64,000 nucleotides of DNA, from contig OZ249436.1 of NCBI GenBank assembly GCA_965235115.1, forward strand, positions 22,942,001 through 23,006,000. Reading direction: 5' to 3'. A model generated the notes under the pieces. The model was not told the DNA's origin. It ran no database searches and was given only the letters and a program-made list of their open reading frames with translations. This document shows, piece by piece, positions 13,210-27,790 of the stretch. How positions within the stretch are numbered: position 1 is the first letter of the stretch; every line of letters starts with the position of its first letter. The position numbers were made by a program, and so were the translations under genes. Source of the DNA: Laetmonice hystrix (lineage: Eukaryota).

Positions 13210-14284
13210 TATAGGGACATCCCTATATTACGGTTCAGGAGATACCATTTTAGACCCATAAAGGTATTCGCTGCCAGTGTTACAGGCAGGAGAAGATAAC
13301 TTATACATAAAAAATGAGCCTAGCTGTTCCTACCTAGATCATCTGTAGTGCCAAACGGGTTCAAAGGAACCACATGTCTACCAAGTTTTCATTTAAAAAC
13401 GGCAATCAATAAATAGCTATCATCCCTTCGGCTATCTTGAGTCGAAGAACTTGCCGTAAAACGGCAAATGCTGCCATTTCTCCATGTGGCCACCCATACA
13501 ACACCCATGGATAAACCTCCGTTACGATCGGGAATTCATTTGTTCCGTTCTTTTCTAATATTTTACGCGACATGCTCGCCAAGAGGCCGCTGGGGAATAC
13601 CCCATATGCGCGTGTGGCCTAGCTTCAGAAGCTGCTTCGTTTTCTCCCATCATGCACTGCGCAACCCAGTTCTGTGGCACAGGGAGAATGTAAACAGAAC
13701 AACTTTATTTGTAGCGTTAGAGCCAGTCTCGGTGGATGACCGAGACTGCGTTAGACCTGGCCAGCTCTGAATTTGTGACTATCACGGGCAAATCGAGGCT
13801 TACTAAGGTAAAATAGTGTCCATGTCGGCCTATCAAGGAACACCCCCAAGCTTCTGGGCGAAATTTCAGTAAAAAAATCAGTTTATCTTCCCGTATCGTT
13901 AAAAGAAATGCTGAGAATATTACCTACAGTTCTCACTGGTCCCCCAGAGCTCTCCACCCACGGACACCCGATCGCGTCCAGCCTGCCACGTCGATGTTTG
14001 ATAACGGCAACCCAAACCGCTCGCTCCCCGTCCACTCTCCCACGTGAAATAAAGCTTTCAGCCATAGGTGGCACCGTGTTTGTCGGCCGATAGATATCAT
14101 CAGCCTGTACTTGCGCTTCCTGATTTTCTCTCTCGCATCCCTGCATCAGTATGCGACGGTCGATGTAAGCCAGTCTATGACTCTCCATGGATTCCCGTTA
14201 GTCTAAATATTATGTGCATTTATGCATAGAGCAAAATATGTGACGGTTGTTACCCTATATCCATGTCTACATATCTTGACTTAA

Positions 14285-14582
14285 AGGTGCTATTCGTCTC
14301 GCTCAGAATGGCATTTCTCCTATCATACATTAAGCACATACTACTAGAAAAGATTCCTACCGATACCATCGGCCTGATGAACCTTCTATTAGTTTGTGTG
14401 CAGCATTTGAAACCTATCTCGAGTCTAGGGGGCGTGTCGGGTCTCCACAGCCCATTTGTGCCGTTATCCATGAAAAATTTGGATTTCCTTGGTTGTCAGT
14501 CTATTTCCATGATAGGTTGGATCACATAAACGTCAACAACAAAAACAACAACAAATTGAATTTTTTCCCACGAATAGCACCT
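14285..14582 (+). mobile_element. Kolobok-like MITE, copy 1 (same family as 27451-27790)
   Basis: TIR aggtgctattcgt / acgaatagcacct flanked by TTAA on both sides. Confidence 0.85.
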
Positions 14583-15531
14583 TTAATACGCCATGGAGGC
14601 TCCAGGAAAGTGAACATTGACAAAGCATTTTTTTCCTACAGTACAATAAGAGCATTATTTTGTAATAAAAAAAAAAGGATAGCTCCATCAGCAGAACAGA
14701 ATACGCCCACACACACCCATACCTGCACAGGGCCGTGTCAGCTTTGGTTGCAGACACTAAAAAGATTACGACAAACGAAAAAAAATCGAAAGGTAGACAT
14801 TGACATGAAGCCCTCCTCTCCACACCTACATGATCTACTTATCATTACATGGCACATACTTATCCGAGTTCAGGTTCTCTCGCGCACTGCCTACTTTGCA
14901 TGCCCTAGATTTCATTCACGCCTGACGTAGGTACCATGTACATGGTGACTGAGGTAGACGATGGAGCTCAGGAGGTAGCCAACTACAGCTAACAGACCTG
15001 GTGTAAGTAACAGAAAGGGAGGATGCACTTCAAAACCCCTTCCAAGTTATCGCTACTACGGGGGCCGAAAAGTACAATGCAGCAGAGTCAGCGATAATTC
15101 AGGTTCAACGTCGCGCGCCCTGCGCGACACCATGCAGCCATTGGGTCGCGTTGTACCCACTACAGTACAGAAAGTCACATCGGGGCATTCCAAAGGTCTA
15201 GGGACCTAATGACGCCTCCAATATGCCCCAGGTTTCCTTCCAAACGTCGACGCCGAATGTATATGGCTGGTAGGCCTACAATGTAATGGCCTACCTATAA
15301 AGTTTCGTTGCAATAACGTTAAATTTCGTATTTGGCAGTGGTGGCCTGATTATACATAGGCCCATTCACCTTAAAAAAATAACCACCCTACAGGCTTGGC
15401 CTTAGGCTTAAAGGCTCTATCTGCCCTATATTATAAGGGATCTCCTACCTTGTGATGAGCCCGGATGAGCCCGTTATAGGCCTACCAGTACAGTGTATGC
15501 CAGGATATAACGGGGGATTGAGTGGACAGAA

Positions 15532-15645
15532 TTTGTTGTTGTTGTTGTTGTTTTTTTTTTTTTTTTTTTTTTGGGGGGGGGGCAGTTGCAGTGTGTGTAC
15601 TCAACCCCCCCCCCCACACACACACACACCCACACACACACCCAC
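15532..15645. repeat. Compound simple repeat (GTT)n-Tn-Gn...Cn-(CA)n
   Basis: Directly visible. Confidence 0.9.
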
Positions 15646-18600
15646 ATCCATCTGCCACTGGCCCCAATATGATTAATATAGGCATATATGGCTATATGAC
15701 ACTATACAGGTAGGCCTATACAGGGCTGAATCGTAACCCTCAATATATAGGCTTACCGTGCTCAGGCCTATTTATAACTTTTACAAGGTTTCCTTCAAAT
15801 ATTTAGGCCCATAATTAGGCCTACATTCTCAAAATAACATAAAAAGAAAGTTTACTGAAATTAAGGTAGGCTTATGTGCTTACAAGGAAGTAAACCTAAA
15901 TAGTCCTATAATGATGCCTAGGGCACAATTAAAAATTAATTAAAAATTAATTAAAAATTAATTGTGTTCCTGGAATTTCGAGGGGTGCCAAAAAAGGGGC
16001 AGCACCCGCTCGTGATTACAGGCCTGGATTATATAATTATAACAGTGATGAGCGTCGCCAATCAAGATTAGGCCGATCTTTGGAACGATGTCTCTTCATA
16101 GTATGTTAAACCAATGGTGAAATTTGTGACATAACAATTGTGTGTCAACACTGCTGCTCCATTTGGACCTCCTATCCAGAAAACCCATAATCGTGCCGCG
16201 AGACTTTGGCTCCCATTGTTGTATTCTCTTTCTTCTTTTAATCTTGTTATAAACATATTTTATTTTGGTTCGGCCATCACTGTAATGTTTAACATTGTTT
16301 TAAAGAATCTCAAGTAAGTTTTTTAAGTATTATTCGTCCCTTTAGAATGCCTGGATGTGACTGCGCGCTCACCCGTATGGCCGGTGTGACAGGAATGGAA
16401 TTCTGCCCGAACGGAGGTCAGCCGGACCTGGATTCCCTGGTTATGCAGGTCCTAGGTCACCAACTTTGTGTTATAAGACAATATAATTAAGAAAATACAA
16501 ATGGATCAGGGTTAAGTTTAGGATTAGGGATAGGATCATCAAGGACTTCAAGTCCTAGGAATGCAGGTCTATCGGACTTATAAATACTTTGGGGATAGCA
16601 GGTCCGTCGGACCTGGATTTCTGGGAGACCTGGATTTCTTTCACACCTGTTCGGCTCTGACGGAGCCACAGCATTCCGACACTGAACTTGTATTGTCGCT
16701 GACTCCGCCGCGGCGCGGCATTTTACTTTTCGGCCACCGTATTACGACCGTCAAATCCATGTAGGCCACTACACGCAGCTGCTGACACCGCCTGATCGGT
16801 GCTGAAACTGCCCCAGCCGGCAGGGGTGGCAGCGGCGGCAGCGGCAGCAGCCAGCTCAAGTTTCATCAGTCAGTTTGCTGTCCTGTTCAGCTGGTTCAGC
16901 GGACTGCTCGGCACGTGTGCTCGGTCTGCACCCAAACTGCTGGCTCCAGACCTGCCCACCTCACATCATCACGTACCGTACCATCGCCCAGGGCCGGTTT
17001 TCTTTTACTTATGTCTTATGTGATTAAAGGGTCTCTGTACCAAGTCTGTCTTCCAATTCTCCTCCCTTTATTACATTATTACAGACATGAGAGTGAAGGC
17101 ATATAAAAAATGGGGGAAATGCCCCCCCCCCCCCCGCTACTGACTTAGTACTGTACAAGGTTTCGAGGTCAGAAAGAAACCCCGGAAATCCGCCGACCGG
17201 TGGAAAAATATACATGGCTGTTATTAAAAACGGCCCTCTCTCCCTTTGATACAAGAAAATACCTGTACACACTACCCAGGTGAGCAGAGTCAACAACCAT
17301 CAACATCTCTTAGATACGTTTGCGGCTGACTTGAACCGGAGTCAATTGCACTCCACAACACCCCTACTTATGATGCAGGCCTCTGTATATGTATCACCAA
17401 CCACCATCCATAGTCAGCCTCCCAGGCCAATATTTTGCCTTGTTTACGTGGAGCAAAGCTTAGCCTTAAGCTCCCTGTCTGAGGCCAATCCTGATGGCCA
17501 CTGTATACGGCACTACCAGTACTAAGTACGGCCATCAACTATTTAAACTCAATGAGGTGGATATAAATTAATTACCTTATCAGGCGATATATCACCGACC
17601 ATTATATTATTATCAGACATGGCGAGTCTGTTGGATTTGGCTCTCCTGCCAAAGCCCATATTTGATTTCTTTATATACTCTGACTCTATTTATTTTCCCT
17701 CCCTATGATTGGCTCAAGAAATTCCCAAATCTTCAACCAAAACGAAGCCTACCTTCAATATACAAAAGGTGTATAGTCAGAATGCACCAATTATTTTTCA
17801 AAGATTTACGGAAAAACGACCTCTTCTATTTTATTTCTTTTGTCCTTTGTTTAGCACGATATAAGTTAACAATTAGCCGACGTGAACCTAGGAACAGGTG
17901 GTTATGTGGGCATCAAATAAATCCACACTTGGAGGCACCCATCTCTTCCCTGAACCAATCATAATCATCTGGGCCGCTTAGGTTTTCGAAGGTCTCCATT
18001 TTGCCATTGTTTATATTTTCACGGAATGTTAAGACACGTTTGTTCACACCATAAAATCGACCCTTCCATTATCTGCACGCTCGTAATAAACCAGATTTCA
18101 AACAACCACCTCAAATACAAAACACGAGAGGACAGGCCTGGCGCAGACTGTTGACGGTTAAACCACCTAGAGAGTATAATGATGAAGAAAAAGTAGTGGC
18201 GATCGATCACTACTCTTTTTGGTTCACTGGTCCTTAATCGTTTATTCTAGATCATGTATGAAATAAAATCTGAGCGTTTGAGTGCTTTTGATCCGAGGGA
18301 AATGGGATCTTGTAATTGTATGGTTTCGTGTTCACTATTACAGTTGGCGTCTTCGTTGTTGTTAAAGTTGGACAATGGTCCTTTCTCGCAAGATATCGCG
18401 ATGAAACTTGGAGGGAAGAGTCATCGTGGGATGAAGTCCTCGACATATGATAGAATACGTCATACGACGTCATGACAACTTTTTATTACATCAGGAGAAG
18501 CTAGACAAATATCATTCATCAGGGTGACCACAAAAATTTCCTTTTCAAATCCCCTGTGTTTTCCCTGTCCCATATTTTCCCTGTGATGTTTCCCATGGTG

Positions 18601-20555
18601 ATGTAATGAGTTGAATATGTATTACAGAGTAGTCTGTCCAGTAATAACTCAAAGATGTCATATATAACATGGCAGACTGTACTGTCTATAGGAGGGTAAT
18701 ATGAGTGATTGAGAGTGTTGTCTGACCAAGTCAACCTAAGAGGGATATGTCTATCTGACAGTCGGCAACTGTCAAACATGGTATCACACGACTACACGTG
18801 ATAAATAGAAATCGTACAGAACATATTTGGATTTATTCAACAGAATTATTATAATCCTAGTGTATACTCATTATATCAACTCTTAGTTTTTTCTGTGGCA
18901 CTCTGGAAAAACCACTGTTCCATCCATAGAACCAAATTTAACATCAAAATATGGATAATATGGATCTACATAATTTAACATCATAACTCCAAGCAGCCTT
19001 CTCATTCCACCATGCATGTCTATTTATCTATAACAAGAAAACAAGGTAATCAGTATTTTTTTTAAAACGATTGTCTGCTTTTCTGTATCCCTTTATTTTG
19101 AACGCTTCCACATCCCTGTTATAGCATATAACTGCTTCAATTAAAATACCAGAACAAGGGGACTCCACCTTATCAACCCTTCGACTACGATGAATGGGGA
19201 TACGCTGTGTTCAACTCGATCAGTAGTCTAGTTTTATCCTGCGTACAGGGCACTTCCAGCGGCTACCTCTGTACCCTCATATCCCCAGTTCACAACATGT
19301 TGGCTGCCAGCCAGCCCCGTCTCCAGTCCCACCAAGTGCACCAAGGCGGGGAGCGGGCAACTACCTCTCCCCTCCCCCGTCCCGTGGTCTGGAGCCGGAC
19401 CGACTATAACCCATACGGTCTTGATGTGCTAACCTCGACAGAGCTCCCACACGCTTGTACACGCGATCCACGCACTTACATCATGCCATAAATTTTCTTC
19501 CATGATTTGGCTCAAAATGTGAAAATACAAATTTACGACAAATTTGAAAAAGCATTCTGTGAGACGCCTTTCATTTCGGCCGGATACGGAGAGAGATAAT
19601 AAATATCTTCACCTGAGCGTTCAAGTATGTAGAGAATAATGACACAATGAGATAATGCAATGACCACATATGCTATCTACACCCAGCAGTCCACTGCCCA
19701 CAACTCCCTGCTGCCTTTTAACTCATATTGTCGGATTTTGCCGAGTTCGACAAAATACAAATTTCAACAAGAAATGTCATTTTCCTCTGATTACCTGCAT
19801 GCTGTAATCATGCACGATTTCTGCCTGCCCAATAAAACTATTTTCTAGTAGGCCGCCCTCCTTGACGACGATCTGGGAAGCACTATGGTTGCTATGGTTC
19901 CTTAGCACTGGGACCTATGCATGGCACGGACAGGTTCAGCACTCTCATCTACACTAACGGATACGACATCGACCGAAAGAACAAGTCAGAGGACTGCTCT
20001 GCACGCTGATGCCAAGGGAATTGCTACATTTTGTGGATTTTCAATCTCCCATAATGCAGAGCGGCTTGCTCCACTACCCCTCTGACACACCTCACTTTTT
20101 ACCGGCAAAATCGGCCCGCTACCTATGCGTTTAACCCTGTTTTTGCAAGGTCGCCCGCCCTTTATGGTATCTATAAAATTTAACGTAGGCCTACCTCTAA
20201 ATCCGAAAACCGAGATTATAACAAGTGACATTCACCGTACAAGAGAAGTATCTGATGAAATATTAGGAACTATATTTGCGGAGGGAAATCAGCTATAGTC
20301 GCAAGTCGGTTGGCCAATTTCGGGATGATTCGAAATACTTCGGGTGTTTCCGACTGGGTACTTCCGTTCAACATAGCGGCTGCACTTGATTTCTCCGAAG
20401 ATTTAGATGTTTGTGTGGCATCATATTCTGACAGTCTGCGCCGTAAAAGTAAACAACCAGAGTGTCTCAGCAAAATCGAGCAGCCACGATTCCAGCTCGG
20501 CTGGCCCGGTCGGGGATTTCTAGGTCAGGTCAGGGGTCACTCAAACGGCAGTAGC

Positions 20556-20663
20556 CAGCCTGTGTCAGAGATTGAATAAAGTGAACGATCTCTGTCCGGA
20601 GAGTGGTACCCAGCCTGTGGCAGAGATTGAATGAAGTGAACGATCTCTGTCCGGAGAGTGGTG
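20556..20663. repeat. Tandem duplication of about 55 bp
   Basis: cagcctgtg(t/g)cagagattgaat(a/g)aagtgaacgatctctgtccggagagtggt occurs twice. Confidence 0.85.
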
Positions 20664-21593
20664 GATTTTATACGAACTATATGATTAACTCGCAGTATGG
20701 ACTGTATGAAAGGCTTAGAGTTTCCTGTGTCATTCCCCAAACCAACCCCAAATCTGTTACGATGAAGTAGTTACCGCCTGTATGTTGTAATGACAAAGGC
20801 GACCACAGTTACGGTGACCAGACGTACGCGTGCAGAAAGCATTTTGTTGGCCGAGTGGTACAGAGAGCAACTGTCCCCGTTAGTTGTAGGGTGCACACCG
20901 TTTCCCCATTGTTTTGCACGGGCCTATAGTTGTTTCTTGACAATACTAATACAGACCCCACGCATTGTCTAAGACAGAATAAAGTACCGTTAGAGAATCA
21001 TTGTACCCTAAGCATGATCATCAACTATCTGGCGGCAAAGGCGGATCCAGAGGGGGGCACAGGCCCCCCCCCTTTAGCTTCACTAATTATAGGCCTACAC
21101 GGCTATAGCCTACTCATTTTAAATTAATTTTACCACTGACGGTGTATCTCAGGGAAACCCCGAGCTATTATGTAGGCCTATACCTCTAAAACTCTTATTC
21201 AAGAGCATGAGCTTTAATTAGTAATGCAAACATTCATGAATTGCTTTTCTGTGCCCCCCCCCCCTTAGTGAAATCCTGGATCTGCCAGTTTGGTGGTGAT
21301 CATTGTAAATTCTCAATAGAGTCAGGTTCTGTCCGTCGTAGTGATGAGCCAAAATACAGATGAGATAGTTGAAAATATCGTGGACTGTCAATAATGGGGC
21401 AGCACTAAGATCTTCCTTAAAGTCTACACCCACAGAAGTGGCTTTTCCAAAGAGTATCGATTGTTTTTATGTAGTTTAGACATATTAAAAACTATTGGCA
21501 CTACTGCCGAGACTACTGTAGAGCTTTAGTTGTTATGGTGATACAAGTGGAACATCAAATCATGCTGTGCAATCAGTGAAATTATAATAAATA

Positions 21594-23518
21594 CACTCTA
21601 AAAAATTCCCCGTAAAATTTAGGGAAAAGTACTGGCAACGTAGGGTGCCAGAACTACTCCTTAAATTTTACGGTCAACCATAAAAAAGTATTTTATGGTT
21701 TTGTCCGTAAAACATATTATGGAATATTTCAGTAAATTATAAGAATTACGCTTCATCCCTGTTATAGTTTACAGACAATTTCAGTTGCTTATCCGGAGAG
21801 GACGTTGGAATTAGATTGTGGTCACGTTGCCACGGGGGGGGGGGGGGGTGTTAATATTAATTTAATTAGAGTCCCAAAGACAATCCTGGGTCAGGCAGAA
21901 CCATTGCGTGGGCACATTACCACGCCATGTCCTCACTATTGACGTCTCTCGCTGGAAATCCAGATTGGTGTTTTCTATACCGGCAGGCGCGTAGATCCCT
22001 ATAAGCACCAAAGCACGTGCTGCTTAAACGGGGCCGACGGGGTGTCAGCGGGATGGAGAACTTGTCATATCGTGGTATTGACGTAATTCAAGCGGGACGA
22101 ACGCCCCCGAAGCGCCGTAGAAGCGTTTTTGACGGTGTGTGTACGGGGTGGACACGGTCATTTCCTCCCGTATCATGCCGATCAAACCAGCTTTACCAAT
22201 CGTGTAAAATCGTGTACAATCGCCCTGAAAAACGGGAAGGTGTGACTGGGGCATTAGACTTTATTTTGACGACGAATTTTTTTTATAGAAAACAGAAATT
22301 TACTAATGTGCCCATGAATATATAAATAAGGTGGTTGGGTGCACTGATTAGCAAGCCGCCGAAATATTTTGGTCGTGGGTTGGTCACGTCAGAATATTAT
22401 GTAACTTCAATGTCGTCTTTCGGGTGTGTTCAGGTAATGTCATACCATTACGTAACTACAACGTTATCTTTGGTCGTGGTTTGGTTACGTCAGAATATTA
22501 TGTAACTACAGTGTCATCTTTCGGGTGTGTTCAGGTAATGTCATACCATTACGTAACTACAACGTTATCTTTGGTCGTGGTTTGGTTACGTCAGAATATT
22601 ATGTAACTACAGTGTCATCTTTCGGGTGTGTTCAGGTATTGTCATACCATTACGTCATCGTTTGGTTGTGGTCATGATCGTTTGCGGGGAAGGTGGCATG
22701 GACATGATATGATGGAACAAAGTCACAAAACAGATTGCAGCTAAATTATAGATTTTGAAATTTTGCCTGTAGTTCTTTTTCATATTTTCTGTTTCTCAAT
22801 ATTGACGGGTTGGATAGGCAACTGTAGGGCCTATCACTTTAGTCTTCCCCACCAAAAAAAATACCAGTCTGCTCCCATGATATTTCTTCCAAATAATAAA
22901 AATGATCATCAAAGTGTCCGTAAAGAAGTGTATTAGAGCCTTCAATATCAAAAATGATCTTGGAGGGCTTATAGCGCCCCCCGAACCCCCAGCTGTAGGG
23001 GGCTTCGGGCACTACGTGCGCTCGCAGTTTGGGAGAACAGAGCCACGGTTCAGTAAAGAGTGCTTACACATTCTTTTCCGCCTAGCTACGCCCCTGACCG
23101 GGTTGTTTAAAAACAAAATATAATCTCTACGTCCGTATCTTGTTCTTTTCACAATCCATAGACCTACTCTAGGTCTATGCAAAATCAAAGAAAAAGTAAC
23201 CCGTACACACTGAATAGCTGTTCTTGTATTACGTGCGAACGACTTGAAGTCGCTAGAAGCTTATGACATTTCACCTAGACTGTGTTTCTGACAGTCTAGG
23301 CAATCGTCATTAATGACAGCGCCACCTAGCGCCTGCTTGATTTACCTGTTATTTCTGTAAACAGGTTCTTCTTTTACGGTTCACAACCGTTAGTTTCCTC
23401 TACGGGCAGTTTCCCTAATTTATACCGCGTTTCTATGGTTCATTCCCGTATTAGAATTTACGGGAACATCCTGTCAGTGTTTACGGTCACGGACCATAGA
23501 TTTTACGGAATTTTAGTG
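21594..23518. mobile_element. EnSpm/CACTA-like non-autonomous element with nested repeats
   Basis: Termini cactctaaaaaattccccgtaaaa / ttttacggaattttagtg, TA on both flanks, and repeated ccgtaaa/tttacgg subterminal motifs at both ends. Confidence 0.6.
22368..22655. repeat. 101-bp tandem repeat, about 2.8 copies
   Basis: tttggtcgtggtttggttacgtcagaatattatgtaactacagtgtcatctttcgggtgtgttcagg... recurs with a period of 101. Confidence 0.92.
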
Positions 23519-25340
23519 TAGGTACTAACAGCCATGAGATGAAGAATACATACAAAGTGGGCAAAGAACGCTACACTTTATTTTTATACGATTTTTATAA
23601 AATAGGCGTTAGTCTCACCCAGAAAGGTAGGCAAACAATTGAATTAATGTGTAGAAGTTATCTATACACAACTTCAAGGGGGAAGGGTTGCATCATGGTA
23701 TCCTCCGAACAGTCCGTTATGAAGCCCTGAGACCTATCACGACCCAGGTGTGAGCCACTGAACATGACAGACCTCGTACCAAGCTGTGCCCTTCCCCCAT
23801 ACCCCTGCCCACATAATGCCTGCTCTCCTGCACTGGGGTAAACATCTGGCGGGGTCAGACGTCCGATCCTTCCATCAGGGTCCGAACACCTCTGCCCAGC
23901 ATGCCATGGTGTTCTCGACATAATAATGAGAGAGATTCACGAGATGGAGCTCGCCAAATATCTTGGAACCAAGGGTGTTTTTCCACGTTTTACTGACCTT
24001 CTCCAAGCCAGACTGATAATCCTGCAAACCGACAGGGTATACGGCGTGGCAAGGGCAGCGGCCACCCGACAATCGCTGACATTTGGAGGGAAGGCAGGGA
24101 AACCTGCGACCTGTGGCGGCCAGCCAGGTGATGCAGCTGCATCGGAGCAGGGATAAACGCGCCACCCTCCCCTTATTCCATCTCTCCGTAGCCACAACTC
24201 CAGCAAAAGTCGGGTTTACCCGTCCGTCGGTATGGCTGGCTAGCATGGCGGCAGGCGGTCCACTGGATGGGTGGGTTCTTCTGGGTACAAACTCAACGGC
24301 GAGTTCTTCCCTCACCACCATCACCTCCTCCCCCCCCCCCCCCCTTGGGAAGCAGGGGTAAGAACGATCCTCAGCTGGGGTAGTGATCGCGTGTCGGATT
24401 GCAAAATCATCTTCGTGACCAGGCGCGTGTCCAAGATGTCCAGGGGGGTCTCAGGAAAGTTTTAAATATTAGAAGCTCTGAGACGTGATTCTCCGCCATT
24501 TAAGGGCCATTTTAGGGCATTATATATTGTGGATTCATAGCTCAACGGGTTCAAAACGGCGGGAATGCTTAAAAAAATCGCTCAACGGGTTCAAAACGGC
24601 GGGAATGCTTCGAATAAATCCATGCTCTGTGGGAGCAGGGGGGGGGGGGTCCGGAATTGTACTATTTTACCTCGGACAACACTATGAGTGTTCCCGGTAA
24701 TCGCTGAGATGTTTAAACCTATAAGTTTGTCTCTCAGTGCTTATTCATGAATAGAAAACTAACACAACTGATACTACCGAGTATGATACTACATGTACTG
24801 AACTGTGCTTATTCTGAAAACCACATGGTACACAAATTTGGGTATACGTTCAACTCTTGTAATCAGTACGTCTATCATTTCCAGTCATAGAGCCCCTGTA
24901 TTCTGTACTGGGAAGTGCTAAACTAACTCCTATCCTGATACACCTTGTAACAGGACTCTATCGACTGAGGTGTGGCTCTCTATCTTTTTATTATAAAACC
25001 TAGCAAATGAATTAGTGTTTCTCCATCCCACGTGCTATATTATGGCATTAAGCGGGACACTTATAGCCCTAGCGGCTGATGTGGTTGCTCCCCTTGTGGA
25101 GTGGCCCTTGTATTTGCTGGTTTCAATACCCGCTTTCTGAAACGGCCCTGTGGGGTTTGACATAAGCAATCAGAAACTATTGGAGTTCCTAAGTCTAAAT
25201 TTGATACAGAAAGGTTCAAAATGGCCTGACCCCTTTGAGATGTGACCAGCATGAGCAGGACAGTTGACTTCCAAGAGAGTTGTTTTAACCTAAAGTCTCC
25301 GTTATGAGGCCATTGTCTGAACAAGCTGAAAACCTGACTA

Positions 25341-25553
25341 AAGTGCTGAACCCACCAAGGCGATTCCCCTTGCGACGGCCATGCGGTTTTTGATTTAATG
25401 GTGGAATTTCACTCTGAAATTTTTCCTGGCTGGCCTTCTCCGTTTCAGGAAATGGGTTCCATCCGTTAATCTCAAAATTACAGTAAAATAAAAGGGTGAT
25501 GTCAAAATCGCATGGGCGTCGCAAGGGGAATCGCCTTGGTGGGTTCAGCACTT
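25341..25553. mobile_element. MITE with TIRs of about 50 bp and TA flanks
   Basis: aagtgctgaacccaccaaggcgattccccttgcgacg is the exact inverse of cgtcgcaaggggaatcgccttggtgggttcagcactt. Confidence 0.8.
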
Positions 25554-26219
25554 TACATCCCAGAACACCTGATATCTAGGTTTGGGTGGGTTTCTTTCGT
25601 ACAACCCAACAATCTATTGGGTGTTTCCCAACCGTTTTCCCCATGTCTTTATCCATGATTTGTATTAAGTGGGTATCCTGAAGTATTTTCTTGGTATGAA
25701 TCCTCGAAAATGTCCCTGGCCTTCATTGACCTCACAAGGTCACTCAAAGGCAAATAGTGCCAAATGACTTTCTAACCTTATTTTATAAAAAGTATATGAT
25801 TACCTTATATCATATGCCTTATATATATGTCAGCGGCCCGGACCAAAATTCCCTGAAAATTGTTGGCAGCCGCAATACATGGGTAAACCCCCTATATCAC
25901 TGAAAAAACATAAAAAAATAAAGGTTTTCGGTTAACAAACAGACCAATAGGTGGATCAGCACACTTGCGCTAACATCGGCGCCATGACACTTGTGTTTGC
26001 AAATAGCAGAGTGAATAAACGACGCGATCTCATTGGAGGAAATAATATCAACTTAATTTCCACATATTTTATCGCAGAGCACAGCAGAGCAGAGCAGCTA
26101 TTCAGCACATAGATTTATGGCGGCCACAAAGTTCTCCTCGGCTGCGGAAAATTTGTAAATAGAAGCATGTGTTGACGACAATGTCTTCCTCGCCCCGAGG
26201 CAGGCGAGGGTGCCCAGGA

Positions 26220-26593
26220 GACCAATCGAGAATGTGAGGTATTGATGGGAGATATCTAGGTGTCTATGGTGCCAGCATGTTTTTCAGTTATGGGCCAATT
26301 TAAATTTTCGGAAATTGGGCGGATCTCGAAAACACTGACATGCCTCCTTTTTCACCAAGTTGAAAGAAATCCAGCCAATTTTGTTACTCCAAATGTGTTT
26401 ACATCCAAGATGACTGCCACGCAGCCCTCAGAAAATTTGACGTGCATCATCCTCAGACCATCCCTGATCATTGTGTAAAGATTCATCCAGACCCATACAC
26501 TTTCAAGAAATTGCTGTCTGCGGACGTACAGCCATGCTGACAGACAGACGGGGGTAAATTAGAAGCCCCCGCCCTTCGGGTTGGGGGCTAATA
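26220..26593 (-). mobile_element. HINE-like (Helentron-associated) element; an opposite-orientation copy lies at about 28040-28250
   Basis: Terminal hairpin agcccccgcccttcgggttgggggct sits next to a (GACA)n microsatellite. The same end appears inverted at 28041 (gagcccccaacccaaaggggcggggct...tccatccatacatccgtc). Confidence 0.6.
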
Positions 26594-27450
26594 AGGATTT
26601 GATGCTAAGCTAGAGGTCTAACGCGCTAAATAGGAGAGTTTTCTGTGAAAGGACAGACACACGGAATGGTCCGGGGTCTTAAAGCCCTAACTTCTGTTGA
26701 GACCCCAACGGCACAGACTGGGTGGGGTTTAGCTGAGGGCTACTTGAATATTCTTGTGATTTGACCTGCTGCAGATACTTATACCCCAGCACATGTCCCA
26801 CTCTGGCTGATAAGATGCCTGAAGTGGGTCATGACCTGGGTCACAGCTGTCAATCACTGGCACCCAACAGCTCTAACTGCATCATTCAATTGCAACTTCT
26901 TGTTGAACAGATCTTCTAGTTGAACACCACTACATGTACATACATTCACGTTCATGCCTGTACCAAAACAATGTGATAATGATATCCTGATGTTTTGCTG
27001 CTGATGCTACGTGAGATAAATGGTCAAAAGTAGAGAGAGCTCTGAAGGAATTTAAATTTGCCACCATATACAAAGTCTTCTCGTATTGGCTGCTTTTATA
27101 GTCCAGCTACCCCTTTAAAGGCAGGGTAAACACAGGGCAGCTTTCCAAGTAAACAGGGGGTCGTATCTCGGTCGTTTTTCAAGATATCTAAGTCAAACTT
27201 GGTGGACATGTTGATAGTCACCAACTCTAATCTGGCAATGAGTCATGACGTCACATGACGTAACGTCATGACGTTATGAGGCCATTCGTTTTCAAACTAT
27301 TGGGACAGTTTTCAAGGTCGAGATGGAAACTTTTTAGGAACTGAGGACACTGTCGGAATTGGGCGGAGACCTAATTCATTTTTTCAAAATATCTTGATCG
27401 TTGACCTTTGACGTGTCTGAGAGCTGGGTCAAAGGTCAGAAAATTCTTAA

Positions 27451-27790
27451 AGGTGCTATTCGTCTCGCACAGAATGGCATTTCTCCTATCATACATTGTG
27501 CACATAGTACTAGAAAAAATTCCTACCGATACCATTGGCCTGATAAACCTTTTATTAGTTTGTGTGCAGCATTTGAAACCTATCTCGGTGCGCACCGAGA
27601 TAGAGCCATTTCCTATGGTGGGGCGTGTCAGGGTCTCCACAGGCCTTCTGAGAGAGCCCCATTTGTGCCATTATCCATGAAAAATTTTGATTTTCTTTGT
27701 TGTGAATCTTTTTCCATGATAGGTGGGATCACATAAACGTCAACAAAATTAAAAATAAAAAAATTGAACTTTTTTTCACGAATAGCACCT
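27451..27790 (+). mobile_element. Kolobok-like MITE, copy 2
   Basis: Same TIRs and TTAA TSD (27447-27450; 27791-27794) as 14285-14582, with a highly similar body. Confidence 0.85.

Noticed and set aside
14950..14975. let-7-like tgaggtag
   Set aside because: It is a seed match only; the rest does not match and no precursor hairpin is evident.
15450..15485. Hammerhead-like tgatgag motif
   Set aside because: It lacks the CUGA core C and a properly placed GAAA and cleavage stem.
23640..24400. Cluster of overlapping 60-150 aa ORFs in a GC-rich stretch
   Set aside because: No recognisable domain in any frame; possibly a decayed retroelement, but I cannot support that.
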